From assembly GCF_009914755.1 (NCBI RefSeq), contig NC_060928.1: a DNA stretch of 64,000 nucleotides; one strand, written 5' to 3'. Position numbers and translations under genes: made by a program. Position 1 is the stretch's first letter. Every line of letters begins with the position of its first letter. This document shows positions 28,891-43,680 of the stretch, piece after piece. Below the pieces are notes generated by a model. It made no database searches. It saw nothing but the letters and a program-made list of their open reading frames with translations, and was not told the origin of the DNA. The DNA is from the human T2T-CHM13v2.0 reference genome, Homo sapiens.

Positions 28891-30579
28891 AATGATAGGT
28901 AATTGGTTTGGTCTCTATGTGTTCTCTTACCATAATATAGGAAAATAGGCATCTCCAGAAAAATTTCCCTGTTTCCTTTAACTCAAAAATATATCACTGT
29001 ACTAATCACTATACAATCATAATTAGTTATCTAATTTAATGATTAGGTGTGACATATTGTCAAAGATGAGAATGCAGAGTAACAAATATATTAAGTATTT
29101 TAAGCCATTATTCTACTTTTAACTTCATTGTCAAATTAAAATAGGAGGACAGGAAATGCAAAAGCATTTATTTTTATCCTTTGTCTTATAATTTGACCAC
29201 CTATATCTGTTACCTATATGTGTCAAATATAATTTCCTGTATGGAGTATTTCGGATTGCCCCTAATTCACACACGTTAACTGACTTTACCTGACTAATCT
29301 ATTATTAAGTTCCATCTATTTCTAATATTCCAGTCCCCATCTCTCTCAAAGTACATAAGAATTTAAAGGACAGAAAGATCAAATCTATCTTGTGAATGAA
29401 GACACACTGACTTCATTAGAGAAGTGGCAATTTAGCTCGTCATTAAAAATAACGTCCACAAATGCTCAGGGTGAATCACACTAAAGGAGGTGCAAAGATG
29501 GAGACACGTAATAAATATATTCATGGGGAAAAGTGATAAGACTCATCAGAATGGGTTGGGGGGAGAATCTTTAAATATAAATTGTAAGATTGTACAAAAG
29601 CTTAGGGATAAGTCTGCACAACTTGACCTCCAGGCAATTAGAAGACATAGAAATTGGTGTTATGATACCTGAAGATCAAACTGAGCTCTTGTGTGTTGGC
29701 ATGAATATACAGAGGACGACAAGAAGTATTGTTCAAGCATTTACCTAAAAAAGAAGCATGCTCTAAAATATGAATATGTGCATATGATAGTGTAATTAAG
29801 AAAATTAACTCCATAATTTTTCCACGAGCACCTCTTCCCCTGAAACCACAAGTGCTTCACCTGTCACAAGAATTTTACCATTTCTTGTGAAGAAGTCTAC
29901 AGAATTAAAAAAAAATAAGTAAAATAGTTTAGATGAGGAGAAATAGAGAAAGAATAACTGTTAGGGAAGGGGAAAATGTAAAACAAGCACACAGAACCAG
30001 GCAAAAAGAAATATGCCATGTGACTTGTCACTATGGGAGCTATTTTACCATCCACTTCATTTATTTCATCTGTTACAGAGAAATTATAACATGAGTTAGA
30101 GATTTTAATTAGATATTGACTGTGACCCTTAGTTATTCCACAATACCTGAAAATTAAAGGATTAATGTGCTTTTAAATGGAGTTTAGGAAATAAGAAAAT
30201 TATTACCTCATAATTAAAATGTTTAAAAATGTTAACTTGAGAAGTCATCTAACTATGCATGTTTTGGTATTAATTTCCTTTTTCAAGATACATCCCTGCA
30301 AAGATAATCCAAAATACAATTGGAGAAAGATTAGGTATATTAGAGCTTGACAGAGAAGGATCCTTATGGGAAATACCATGTTTTTTAGTTTGTTTATTGG
30401 TTTGCTGCTTTGCTTTGGATTTTAGAGTTACTGAAATTGAACACCTAGATATTCAGGACAAGCAGCTAACTTCTTTTTAATTAAGTCTATGGATGACCTA
30501 TAACATAGACACACAGGAACACAAATAATTAACTGATCTAGACAAAGTCATTGACTTTAAAAACATGTTACCTGGTACT

Positions 30580-30910
30580 TGTATCAGTCTGTTCAGTCTG
30601 CAATACCAAAACACCAAAGACTGGGCAGCTGATAAACAACAAAAATTTTCACAGTTCTGGAGACTGAGAAGTACAAAATCAAGGATCCAGCAGATTCAAT
30701 GAGGGCCCACTTCTTGGTTTGTATCATGTCCTCACATGGTGGGAGTGGCTAGCTAGCTCTCTGCAGTCTCTTATAAGGACACTAATCACAACCATGAGGG
30801 TTCTGCACTCACCACCTAATCAACTTCCGAAGGCCCCACTTCCTAATATCACCTTGAGGGTTGGGATTCAACAAATGAATTTTTTGGGAAACCAGCATTC
30901 AGCCCAGAGA
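30580..30910 (-). mobile_element. MLT1A-like MaLR solo LTR
   Basis: 'tcacagttctggagactgagaagt...tcttataaggacactaatc...ggccccacttcctaatatcacc'. Near-TSD gtact/atact. Confidence 0.82.
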
Positions 30911-31486
30911 ATACTTATTCATGAAAAAGCAAGTATTTACTTACTATGACAGCAAAACATGTTTAAAATATTAACAAAAGACATTTTAAAAAGAGTAAAG
31001 TTCACACTTAAAACCACCACAGTAATCTAACAATTATTTTTATTTATTTTGATGCCTTTTCCAACATCAATCTTATGTACATTCATTTTACTTCATTGTA
31101 TTTATGTCTGTGTATGTTCATGTGGATATATTCTAATAAAAATTGTTTTGAAATAATCCATGATTATATAAAGATTTCTATTTTAATTTTCTGTTCTTAT
31201 ATTTAACATTTTTAGAGGCTTCATAATATCACCTTAAATAGAAGCATTTACTGTAAAATGTCCTTGTTGATAACAGTGTTTAGTGTTTTTACTGTGAATA
31301 ACTCTTTTAAGAACATCTTTAGACACAAAGAATATGGTTTTTTAATAGCTAAAATTTATTGACCTCTAAGCATATTTTAGATTCTGTGCTAAGTTCCTTT
31401 CAATTGTTTACAGGTTAGTTTCTCAGAATAGATACATTAAACAGATTCTTTTATAATACATCTTACAGATAATAAGGATGAGGTCC

Positions 31487-31792
31487 AGTCAGGCGCTGTG
31501 GCTCACGCCTGTAATCCCAGCACTTTGGGAGGCCGAGGCAGGTGGATCACTTGAGGTCAGGTGTTCAAGGCTAGCCTGGCCTACATGGCGAAATTCCATC
31601 TCTACAGAAAATACAAAAATGAGTCAGGTGTGGCGGCACGTACCTGTAATCCCAGCTACTTGGGAGGCTGAAGCAGGAGAATTGCTTGAACCCAGGAAGC
31701 AGAGGTTGTAGTGAACCCAGATCATTTCACTACACTCCGGCCTGGGCGACAGAGTGAGACTTCACCTAAAAAAAAAAAAAAAAAAAAAAAAG
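31487..31792 (+). mobile_element. Alu (AluSx/Sz-like) inserted in a MIR remnant
   Basis: Full Alu dimer with a long poly(A). The flanks 'cttacagat..gagg' and 'aactaacttgcccacagtgacacagc' are MIR core. Confidence 0.95.
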
Positions 31793-32378
31793 GTGTTCCA
31801 GAGGCATTAACTAACTTGCCCACAGTGACACAGCAATCCAGAAGGAGCTAGAGTTCAAACTGAGTGTGGCTTCTGGTTTTGAATATCTATACTGGGTCTT
31901 CATTTTGTATACAAAAAAGTAAAAATTACCATGATATATAAAACAAGTACAGATTATCTTCCAAAAAATGGCATATTCGTAAAGCTCCTAACAATATTTG
32001 AATATACTCTATCTTGTGAGGAGATAACACTAGGGTACCTGAATAAGAGGTCAAAGAAAGAATTCAGATAACTACAGGTAAGAAAATGATACACTTTGAC
32101 TTACTATATACATACAAAGGAATAACAGTTCCTATATGCCTTTGAGATTATTGGTTATGTGAAGCTATCCCTTTATTGGAACCACAGGTGATTGACTAAC
32201 AGATAATATGTCTCCTGAAAAGAACATTCTCAGTTGGCTCAAAATTTGATGCACTGCTGACTTTTAAATATTAAAATGCCATAGTGTTATTAGGAGTTAT
32301 AGCTAGAATTGTCTTTATATCAGACTATACATTGGACTTCTATATTAGTCAGACATCTTTGTTAAAAGTGGCAGGACC

Positions 32379-32715
<337 letters not shown>

Positions 32716-32938
32716 TTAACGAGATACTTAATTGCTTCTTCTAGTGGAAGCAGCAGTTCAAACAATATATTCAGGACTAGTTTTAATTCTTTTCTCTCTT
32801 CCCATTTTTTTTTTTGTAATGTTTCATTCTGTCCAGGCAACAAATGTTTCTGCTTACGTTGTCTCGATTCGTTCCTAGAACTCTAACTATAGAACAGATT
32901 GACCTTGAGTCACAGACCCAGTATAAAATGATCTGCGA

Positions 32939-33495
32939 TGTAGAAAAGGAAAAAATTATTTTTGCCTCTACCCATTCTAGGTTAACTGCCTGGAGCCCTG
33001 ATAAAAGACAAATTAACTAAAGAAAAACAAACAAGTTTATCAACATGTGCATCTTACATACACACAGGATTACTCAGTGATAAAAATGTCAAATGAGTAT
33101 TTAAAACTTAGGCTTATGAAGCATCTTAAGAACGATTTTTTTTTTTTAGAGAATTAACAAGATGAAGGAAAAGGATTTTTAGCTTCAAGGGGTGGCAAAT
33201 TGTTAGAAGGCATTAATCTATGAAGATACTAATGGTAGATAAGGGCTAGTTAGTAAAGTTTGTTTGGGTAGATTTCCTTAGTACCATCTCACTTCTGGTG
33301 AAAAGGTTGTTATCCCATTCCTGGCATGCAAAGTTAGAGGGCAGACAGGGAAGATAACTTCAGGAGAGGAATTTAGGTTTCGTTTCCAGGTAAATAGAAG
33401 GATGGCAGAAATGTCATGTGTCTGCTTTTTGTCAAGAGCATCAAAATAATCTTTATGCCAGAGTGGCATATTCTGCGGTGGCGCTGAACTTCTGT
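32939..33495 (-). mobile_element. MER34-group ERV1 solo LTR
   Basis: The reverse complement contains 'gaatatgccactctggcataaagattattttga' (MER34-type 5' end); other end 'tgtagaaaaggaaaaaatt'. Confidence 0.7.
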
Positions 33496-34330
33496 GAACT
33501 AACTCTGGACTAAATACATTGACTGAGAGTGGTGGAGGTACTTTCACAAAGTAAATTGCTATACAGGAGACTAGATGTTGGACAGGCAAATTTCAGTGAA
33601 TGTACACCTTTCTGTCATCCATTTATTCTATCACTCCCAGAAAATTCCTCACACTGTTAAACAACAGTACTAGTCATTTCATTCTCTTTTACAATGTTTT
33701 CAGTGATTCTTCATTCAGTATCTCATTTATCATGCTTTTAGATGGGAATCTAGCATCCTTCAGATCAGCACCTCGAGCATACATTTAAGAATCATTTTCA
33801 TCCGTTCTTTGCTCTATATTCCATGATCAACACAACAAGAGTCACTTGGCTGCCACATGGCACCTTTACATGAATTGTTCCACCAGTTACACCCTACTCA
33901 CCTTCTAACCCTCTAAAGTAGGGTAACCTTATCACACATCTGTGTTCTGGGGTGGAAGAACAGGTAAACATTTTATGAAATCACAAATTCTTACAGCTCT
34001 GTCCTTCTTTTATGTCATCAATGAATATATAACTCTTATTTGAGAAGTCAGATTTTTAAAGATTCAGAGTAAAATATCTTCTGTGTATTAGAATCACTTT
34101 AGATTAATGGTTTCATCACGTTAGCCTTCAAGAATTCATTGCTTGAATCAGCTTTTGGACCTAATCTGATTTCAGTCTTTATATTTTACACTATTATATT
34201 TTTATTACACTCATGAATTTAGATGTGCTTATGTCAATCACTGAAATCTGAATTCTAAAATCAGTTCTAACTCCAACCTCCACATTCTTTATGCTATAAA
34301 AAGTACCAAACATTGAGTCTTAGATCGATG

Positions 34331-34362
<32 letters not shown>

Positions 34363-34430
34363 ATCTATCAATCATCTGCCTATATATCTATATTTATCTG
34401 TCTGCCTATATATCCGTCTATCTATCTATT
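34331..34430. repeat. (TATC)n tetranucleotide STR, 8 perfect units plus degenerate flank
   Basis: TATC x8 at 34331-34362. Confidence 0.95.
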
Positions 34431-34818
34431 TGGTGAAATGAAAATCAGGGTGATGAGGTTATTCACACAAATTCACAAAACAGGAGAGTATCAATGTTAG
34501 GAATATGGATTATATCTCTAAATTCTTAGGCAAATATTCCTTTCATACAGTATGCTGCTTTTTAATACCAAGATTTGATTAAAGTAATCGTTCTTTAGAA
34601 GGTAGCCAGGTTAAATACCACTTTTTATTCTCAATTTTTCTTCGTTTGTCCTTGAAATATTAGTGATTGAAAATCAGACAGAATGTGAAAGGTGTGGCAT
34701 AATCTAAAACAAAATGAGTTTGAAAATTCATAAGCAGTCACCCCTTAAAACAATTACCTTCTTAATCTATTTTTCTCTTTTCTTTTTATCAGATACACTA
34801 ACATGTACAGTTACTATA

Positions 34819-34819
<1 letters not shown>

Positions 34820-34858
<39 letters not shown>
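34820..34858. repeat. (CA)n dinucleotide STR
   Basis: About 19 uninterrupted CA units. Confidence 0.97.
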
Positions 34859-34860
<2 letters not shown>

Positions 34861-35550
34861 ATCATAAAAGGCAAGCTTGCTAGTATAATTTTAAATAAAT
34901 TTTCTAATGTTCCCTAGTTCTCCTTTCAAGTATTTTTCTTGCTTTACCTATTTAATTAACCAACTGTGAGGCTGCATAGCATTTTATTCATTACAGTGAT
35001 GATAATTATTCCTGGCAAGTATGACAAAAATAATAAAGATGATTTTAGAGGAAAAAGTAAAACATGAGAACTATTTTTTGTAAGGACAAAATAATATGTA
35101 AACTTGATTATTATATTGATTAGCTCTCATTATTTTAACAAACTGTGATCATCTTTGCAGGCAATATTGTTTAAATGCAGTCGAATGCACTTCAATACAA
35201 TATCTATCTTTGCCAAATTGCACTTTTATTTAGCTTCACATATAGTTAGAGAATAAAATATTTTTGCATAGGAAAGCCAGAAAGTTAAAAACCATTAATA
35301 TTTTTAAAATAAAATTACATATTTTATAAGATAATTAAATTTTACTTCTAAATATATTAAGAAGGGAAATCTATTTTAATATGCAGATACATTCACTTAC
35401 ATTATGCAATGATTTAGAAAACTGATTTTCTGAAGTTATTCCAATATCATTTTAGGTTCAACCTTTCTACTTGTTCAGCATCCAGAATAATTAATAATGT
35501 GTTTCTGGTTGTATTCCTAAATCATTCTTTCTTATTGTACTGAGTGCTTT

Positions 35551-35710
35551 TATATATAGAGAGATAGATATTACACACACACATATATATATACATATGC
35601 ACACATACATATATACATATGTATGCACACAATCATATATATATATACACACACACAATCATATATATATATATATACACACACACACATAAACATACAT
35701 CAATATATAT
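35551..35710. repeat. Compound (TA)n/(CA)n low-complexity tract
   Basis: Includes a duplicated unit 'cacacaatc(at)n-acacacac'. Confidence 0.9.
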
Positions 35711-36043
35711 GCATTGGTAATCTGTGTTTTTTCTTAGATACTAAGCGACAAAGGAGTTGGAAATTTTATGGATGGAAAAACATATATGGGCCTTTATCCA
35801 AAGAGGAAATTAGATGTATATTTCAGGAAGTATTTTTATTTATGTTTCCAATTAAATTTAGTTTGAAATGAGGTAATCTTTAAAGCCATTAGTTTTGTTT
35901 AGATGTGTTTGTGCAACAAAGATGTCAAGTGCTCTTTTATAAAAAAAAAAAGTCAGTAAAAAAGGAAAGAAAAAGAAAACTTATCTAGCCTTATCTTTCT
36001 TTTCATTATTGTTTTCTCATTAAGAGTATTTGAAAATAGTAGA

Positions 36044-36492
36044 TGTCTGGGTGCAGTGGCTCATGCCGGTAGTCCCAGGACTTTGGGAGGCCATGATGGG
36101 AGGATTGTTTTATCCCAGTAGTTCAAGAAAAGCCTGGAAAAAATAGTAAGACCCCATCTTTACAAAAAAATAAATAAATTAGCCAGGCATGCTGGCACAC
36201 ACCTGTGGAGTCAGCTACTTGAAAGGCTGAGACAGCAGGATCCCATGGGCCCAAAAGGTCAAGGCTGCAGTGAGCAATGATTGCCTGCCACTGTGTTCCA
36301 GCCTGGGGGACAAAGTGAGATCATATCTAAAAGAAAGAAAGAGAGAAGGTAGGAAGGAAGGAAGGAAAGAAGGAAGGAAGGAAAGAAGGAAGGAAGGAGG
36401 GAGGGAGGGAGGGAAAGAAGGAAGGAGAGAAAGAGAGAGAGAGAGAAAGGAAGGAAGGAGGGAAAGAAGGAAGGGAGGGGAAAGGCAAAAAT
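36044..36492 (+). mobile_element. AluJ with a (GGAA/GA)-rich expanded tail
   Basis: AluJ-type 'gggaggatt', 'ggtcaaggctgcagtgagc'. Purine tract at 36329-36490. Confidence 0.92.
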
Positions 36493-36518
36493 ATAAAAGT
36501 AGAATTGTGGTATCGTAT

Positions 36519-37196
36519 TGAAGCAGGATTTTTCTCAATCACTTTTACCAGCTGGAGACACTTAGCTGGCAACACCCTTGCCTTGCCTTGGCCCCCAGCT
36601 TTGGGGCTGGCTCATCCCCCTGCCATTTCTGTCATGTGGGGCAGCTGCCCTCCGCTGGCAGTGGGCACAAGGGCACGATGTTACAGCCTTCTCTGTACCC
36701 ACATTTGGTGGATCCTGAGCTCTTGTCCTGCAACCAAGAAGAATGAAAATATGCTGACAATCAAAGAATGAAGAGGGCGGAGAATAATTTTATTGAACTA
36801 CGAAACAGTTCTCATGGGCATGGTGCCCCACCCCCACAAAAGAGTGGTTTTTCCTTCAGTGTGGCTGAGTCTGGGGCTTTCATGGGCTCAGAATAGAGAC
36901 ATGCTGATTGGTTTATGAGTATGCAAAGAAAGGCTAAAGAAAAGGCACCGCTCAAAGGTGGGCATGGTAGTACAGAAAAACCAATTAGGAAAGGGTAGGT
37001 ATACGTAAAATAGGTGAAGGGTGGGGATCAATCAGAGGAATTCTTGCCAAACAGGAAGACAGATTCTCAATCTGGTCTGTGGATTTGACTTGTAGCTTGG
37101 CTTTCAGGCTTTAAACTATCTTTGGCTTAGAGGTGGGGTTTCACTGGGTACCCGCCTCTATCTGACTAGGCATTTGTCTATCTCCTGATGCTATCA
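36519..37196 (-). mobile_element. ERV1 solo LTR (LTR27/MER50-MER52 group)
   Basis: TG...CA ends with a 4-bp TSD gtat (36515-18, 37197-200). The reverse complement begins 'tgatagcatcaggagatagacaaatgcctag...gtgaaaccccacc' and contains a CCAAT box ('aaaccaatcagca'). Confidence 0.8.
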
Positions 37197-37502
37197 GTAT
37201 TATAATAGAGTTTTGAGAGCATATCTTTAATATACTTACCAAACTGTGTAAGTCAAGTTGATTTATATTGATAGTAATGCCAAAACAGGAAATCACAGAC
37301 CCACCTAAGCGATTGCTAAATTAAAATATAAACTGGAACAATCACAAATTTATGTTAATACAATGATAATTATAGCTTTGAGATGTGTTATGTTTACTTA
37401 TGTATAATTGAAAATGATGGTAGTCGATATTGACCCTCAAGGTCTCTTCTTAAACTGACACACCTAACACAAAGTACACATGTAACTTCTTGATACATTT
37501 TC

Positions 37503-39754
37503 TGTATTAGTATGTTTTCATGCTGCTGATAAAGACATACTTGAGACTGGGCAATTTACTAAAGAAAGAAGTTTATTGGAGTTACAGTTCCACGTGGCTG
37601 GGGAGGCCTCACAATCATGGTTGAGGTGAATGGCATGTCTCACATGGCAGCAGACAAGAGAAGAGCTTGTGCAGGGAATCTCCCCTTTTTAAAACCATCA
37701 GACCTCGTGAGACTCATTCACTAATGAGAACAGTGCAGGAGAGACCTGCCCCATAATTCAATCACTGGGTTCCTCCCACAACATGTGGGAATTGGGGGAG
37801 TTACAATTCAAGATGAGATTTGGGTGGGGACAGAGCCAAACCATATCATTCTGCTCCTGGCCCCTCCCAATTCTCTTGTCCTCACATTTCAAAACCAATC
37901 ATACATTCACAACAGTCCCCCAAAGTCTTAACTCATTTCGGCCGTAACTCAAAAGTGCACAGTCCAATGTCTCATCTGAGACAAGAAAGTCCCTTCCACC
38001 TATGACCCTGTAAAATCAAAAGCAAACTTGTTACTTCTTAGATACAATGGGGGTACAGGCATTGGGTAAATACAGCCATTTCAAATGGGAGAAATTGACC
38101 AAAACAAAGGGTCTACAGGTCCCATGCAAGTCCGAAATCCAGCAGGGCAGTCAAATCTTAAAGCTCCCCAATGATCTCCTTTGACACCATGTCTCGAATC
38201 TGGGTCACACTGATGCAAGAGGTGGATTCTGATGGTCTTGGGGAGCTTCGCCCCTGTGGCTTTGCAGAGTACTTCCTCCCTCCCAGCTGCTTTCATGGAA
38301 TGGTGTTCAGTGTCTGTAGCTTTTCCAGGTGCACAATGCAAGCTGTTGGTGGACCTAACATTCTGGAGTCTGGAGGACAGTGTCCCCCTTCTCATAGCTC
38401 CACTAGGTGGTGCCCCAGTAGGGACTCTGTGTGGGGGCTCCAACCCCACATTTCCTCTTTTGCACTGCCCTAGCAGAGGTTCTCCGTGATGGCCCCGCTC
38501 CTGCAGTAAACTTTTCCCTGCGCATCCAGGCATGTCCATACATCTTCTGAAATCTAGGCGGAGGTTCCCAAACCTCAATTCTTGACTTCTGTGTACCTGC
38601 AGGCTCAATACCTTATGGAAGCTGCCAAGGCTTGGGGCTTCCACCCTCTGAAGCAACAGCCCAAGCTGTACCTTGGTCCCTTTTAGTCGCAGCTGGAGTG
38701 GCTAGGATGCCAAGCATGGGGACCCTGGGCCTGGCCCACAAAACCATTTTCTCCCAGGCCTCTGGGCTTGTGATGGGAGGGCCTGCTGTGAAGACCTCTG
38801 ACATGCCCTGGAGTCATTTTTCCCATTGTCTTGGGGATTGACATTTGGCTCCTGGTTACTTATGCAAATTTCTGCAGCAGCTTCAATTTCTCCTCAGAAA
38901 ATGAGATTTTATTTTACATCATATTGTCAGGGTGCAAATTTTCCAAACTTTTATGCTCTGCTTCCCTTATAAAACTGAATGCCTTTAACAGTATCCAAGT
39001 CACCTCTTGAATGCTTTGCTGTTTAGAAATTTCTTCCACCAGAAACCCTAAATCATCTCTCTCAAGTTCAAAGTTCCGCAAATCTTAAGGCAGGGTCAAA
39101 ATGCCACCAGTCGCTTTGCTAAAACATAACAAGAGTCGTCTTTGCTCCAATTCCCAAAAAGTTCCTCATCTCCATCTGAGACCACCTCAGCATAGACCTT
39201 ATTGTTCATATCACTATCAATATTTTTGTCAAAGCCATTCAGCAAGTCTCTAGGAAGTTCCAAACTTTCCCACATTTTCCTGTCTCCTTCTGAGCCCTCC
39301 AAACTGTTCCAGCCTCTACCTGTTACCCAGTTCCAAAGTCACTTCCACATTTTCAGGTATCTTTTCAGCAGTGCCCCACTCTACTGGCACCAATTTATTG
39401 TATTAGTCTGTTTTCACGCTGCTGATAAAGACACACCCAAAACTGGGCAATTTAAAAAAGAAAGAATTTTATTGGACTGACAGTTCCACGTCGCTAGGAG
39501 GCCTCACGATCATGGCAGAAGGCAAAAGTCATGTCTCACATGGCAGCAGACAAGAGAAGAGCTTATGCAGGGAAACTTTCCATTTAAAAACCATCAGATC
39601 TCATGAGACTCATTCACTATCATGAGAACAGCACAGGAGAGACCCTACCCCATAATTCAATCACCTCCCATCAGGTTCCTCCCATGACACCTGGGAATTG
39701 TTGGAGTTACAATTCAAGGTGAGATTTGGGTGGGGACACAGCCAAACCATATGA
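37503..39754 (-). mobile_element. Complete THE1 MaLR element: LTR 37503-37848, internal 37849-39398, LTR 39399-39754
   Basis: Two direct ~350-bp THE1 LTRs flank a ~1.55-kb THE1-internal region ('tcaacagtcccccaaagtcttaactcatt', 'gtgccccactctactggcaccaattta'). Confidence 0.95.
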
Positions 39755-40382
39755 CTTCCACTATTTAGTGTTGATTTCATAACAGATTTAGAGGTGTGTC
39801 ACCCATTGAACATGATTGTCATGAAAGAAGTAACCATATCCTTACTCATATTATAGCTTGCTGTGCTTCTAAGCACAAAATTAAAGCTCACAATGACTTT
39901 AGGATTCCAAATTTGCTGTGAGAAATGACAAAAACTCTCTGTATTCATTTCTTCTGAGAAAATGGTTACATACAATTTGGAAGAGTCCACATTAAAAAAA
40001 AAAAAAGAATTGCTCTGAAACTATCTGGGGAAAAAACATTGCTCTGGAACTACCTGGGACAAAAATGCATTCTTAAACATTTTATTTAGTTATATTTCTT
40101 GATAACTCAAAAATTATAAGGTGAGAGATAGTCATTGATCATAATCTTTTGCTTTTAAAAAAGAAAGGATCCTCTTGTACTTCAACTGAGTCAGTTGGGT
40201 GTAAATATTCACAAGAGCTGATATTCAGCAGGTATACCCAAGTATATCACCTAATGTTAAAATGTTAAAACATTTCCATATATGTTGTTTTTAACTAGCC
40301 ACTAACTCAAGACTCTCAAGGATGGCTCTTGACCATATGGCTTTTTTAATCCTTCTCTTGGGATTGAAAGATATAAAGTTAT

Positions 40383-40422
40383 GTCTATGGCTATATCACC
40401 TTGAATATGCCCAATCACACCT
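40383..40422 (+). pseudogene. 5S rRNA 5'-fragment retropseudogene (tailless type)
   Basis: gtctatggctatatcaccttgaatatgcccaatcacacct versus 5S nt 1-40 GTCTACGGCCATACCACCCTGAACGCGCCCGATCTCGTCT: 29/40 identical, 10 of 11 differences are transitions. Near-TSD aaagatataaagtta / aaaaatctaaagtta. Confidence 0.75.
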
Positions 40423-41283
40423 AAAAAATCTAAAGTTAAAAAAGTAATGCCTGGCCTGGGAGGGGCCTCCAATACCCTGTTTTGTGTTACCTCTCCGTCT
40501 GTTTGTCTTGGTTAGTGCTCATGCTTACAGATAATTAAATACCACCCTAGGTATCCCTGTGTTACAATAAAATACCTGAAAATATTGTACTAGATTGTTT
40601 TGGATCAAATTTCTTACTTGAAGTACCTATAAAAAGTGACAAAATGAAATAACATTACCTTTAAGGCCACAAAGAATTCCCAAGGAAGCAATGATTTATA
40701 GATCCAGAATGCAGAAGTAAAGATCAAAGTAGTAAATCTTAAATTATGTCTTGCTTTCCCCTTGTGGGTAATTGCTGATGTCAAAAGTAGTAGCTGAGAG
40801 GTTGAGAGGCTAAGGAGAAAATGACAGTTAAGTGGTTCAGAAGGTAAACAGAGCTTCCGGAACAGTTGTAGAACTAAGGAACAACAGTTTAAGTTGAGAG
40901 ACCACAAGGAAGAAAATCCCTGGTGAACACCCAAAATTTCAGTTTGGCAGTCAGAATTTCTATATCCTAGAAATAAGAATAATTCAGAAAAAAATCGGTT
41001 CTCTTGAGAGGGTGAAAGAGCTTCAGGTCATTTTAAGCTCTGGTTGTAGTTATATGTTCTCCCTCAAATAAAATTCCTTGCCAAAAGCAAAAGAAAACTC
41101 TTCCTCGGGAAAAAATAATATATAAATAATATACAGAGCATTAAATTCTCACTACAATTTCTCATCTACAAATATGACAATCAAAAACAACTTGGTATTT
41201 TTAAGTAAATATATAAATAAATATATATAAATATATATATGTATTTTATGTAATTAGAACAAGCTATATCATAAGATAAGTAA

Positions 41284-42122
<839 letters not shown>

Positions 42123-42132
42123 TATGTGTGTT

Positions 42133-42166
<34 letters not shown>

Positions 42167-42814
42167 CATATACACATAAGAAGCCCATTTTATTTAAAAT
42201 AGACATAATAATCCCATTTTATTTAAAAAACACCTCAAAATGTATAAAGGAATATTTTAAAGAACAAGAATAAAAAAATAGACACACCTACAGGCATATT
42301 GTAAAATTAAGATATTCTTCAAGTAACAGATTTGTAAAAGATAGATTCTTCAAGTAATAGATTTTTTAAACTATTTTTAAAAGATTACAGGTAATTAGAA
42401 AACATGGTTCACTAAATTGTTCTAGTTGCTGTATATAAAACTTAGAACCAAACACTGTATAATACATCTGTTTTTTAAAAAGTACACACATAAATTTAGT
42501 AAAATGACTAAAAATCTCGGATGTATCAAGCTTCAACAAATGTCCAAGAATTTGAAGTCATACAGTGTGTTCTCTGACTTTAAGGTAACTATGCCAGAAA
42601 CAGTACAAACTATATATTAATAGAAAATTGTCAAATATTTTGGAAATTATTTAGTAGATGTCTAATTAACATATAGGTTTAAAAGTCATAAAATGTAAAG
42701 TAGAAAACATGCTGAAACCAAACAATAAAAATATAACACATATATATACACACACTAATATATGTAGTAGTGTTTAGAACTATAGATTTAAATGTATATA
42801 TTACAAAATGAGTT

Positions 42815-43680
42815 GAGGTTCTATACAAATTTTAGAATTTTTTTATATTTCTGTTAAGAATGTCATTAACATTTTGATAGGGATTGCGTTGAATCTGTAT
42901 ATTGCTTTGGTAGTATGAACATTTTAACAATATCGATTCTTTCAATCCATGAACATGGAATATCTTTTTTTTTTGTTTGTGTCCTCTTCAACTTCTTGAA
43001 TCAATATTTTATAGATCTTATTGTAGAGACCTTTACTTCTTTGGTTAAGTTTATTCCTATGTATTTTATTTTATTTGTAGCTCTTTTAAATGAGTCACTT
43101 TCTTGATTACTTTTTTAGATTATTCGCTGTTGGCATATAGAGGTGCTACTGATTTTTTTTGTGTTTTTTTTTTTTTTGTGTGTGTGTGTGTTTTTTTTTG
43201 AGACAGAGTCTCGCTCTGTCGCCCATTCTGGAGTGCAGTGGCGCGATCTTGACTCACTGCAAACACCGCCTCCCGGGTTCAAGCAATTCTCCTGCCTTAG
43301 CCTCCTGAATAGCTGGGACTACAGGCACATGCCACCAAGCTTGGCTAATTTTTTTTTGTGTTTTTAGTAGAGACAGGGTTTCACCGCATTAGCCAGGATG
43401 GGCTCCATCTCCTGACCTTGTGATCCGCCCAACTTGGCCTCCCAAAAAGCTGGGATTACAGGCATGAGCCACTGTGCCTGGCCAATGTTACTGATATTTA
43501 ATGTTTATTTTGTATCCTGTAACTTTATTGAATTTGTTTATCAATTCCAATAATTTCTTGGTGGAATCTTTAGGTTGCTCCAAATATAAGATCATATCCT
43601 TGCAAACAAGGATAATTTCACTTTTTCCTTTCCAATTTGGATGACTTTTATTTATTTTTCTTGTTTGATTCCTCCTGCTA
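42815..43680 (-). mobile_element. Internal L1 ORF2 fragment (L1MA/L1PB-like) carrying an Alu
   Basis: 'ttgatagggattgcgttgaatctgta...ccatgaacatgga...ttttgtatcctgtaacttt...ttcctttccaatttggatg'. Confidence 0.82.
43153..43483 (-). mobile_element. Alu (AluSc-like)
   Basis: Reverse-complement Alu with a T/GT tail. Near-TSD tgctactgattt / tgttactgatat. Confidence 0.95.

Noticed and set aside
38081-38656. 191-aa ORF on the minus strand
   Set aside because: Lies wholly in the THE1-internal region. It is a remnant MaLR frame, not a host gene.
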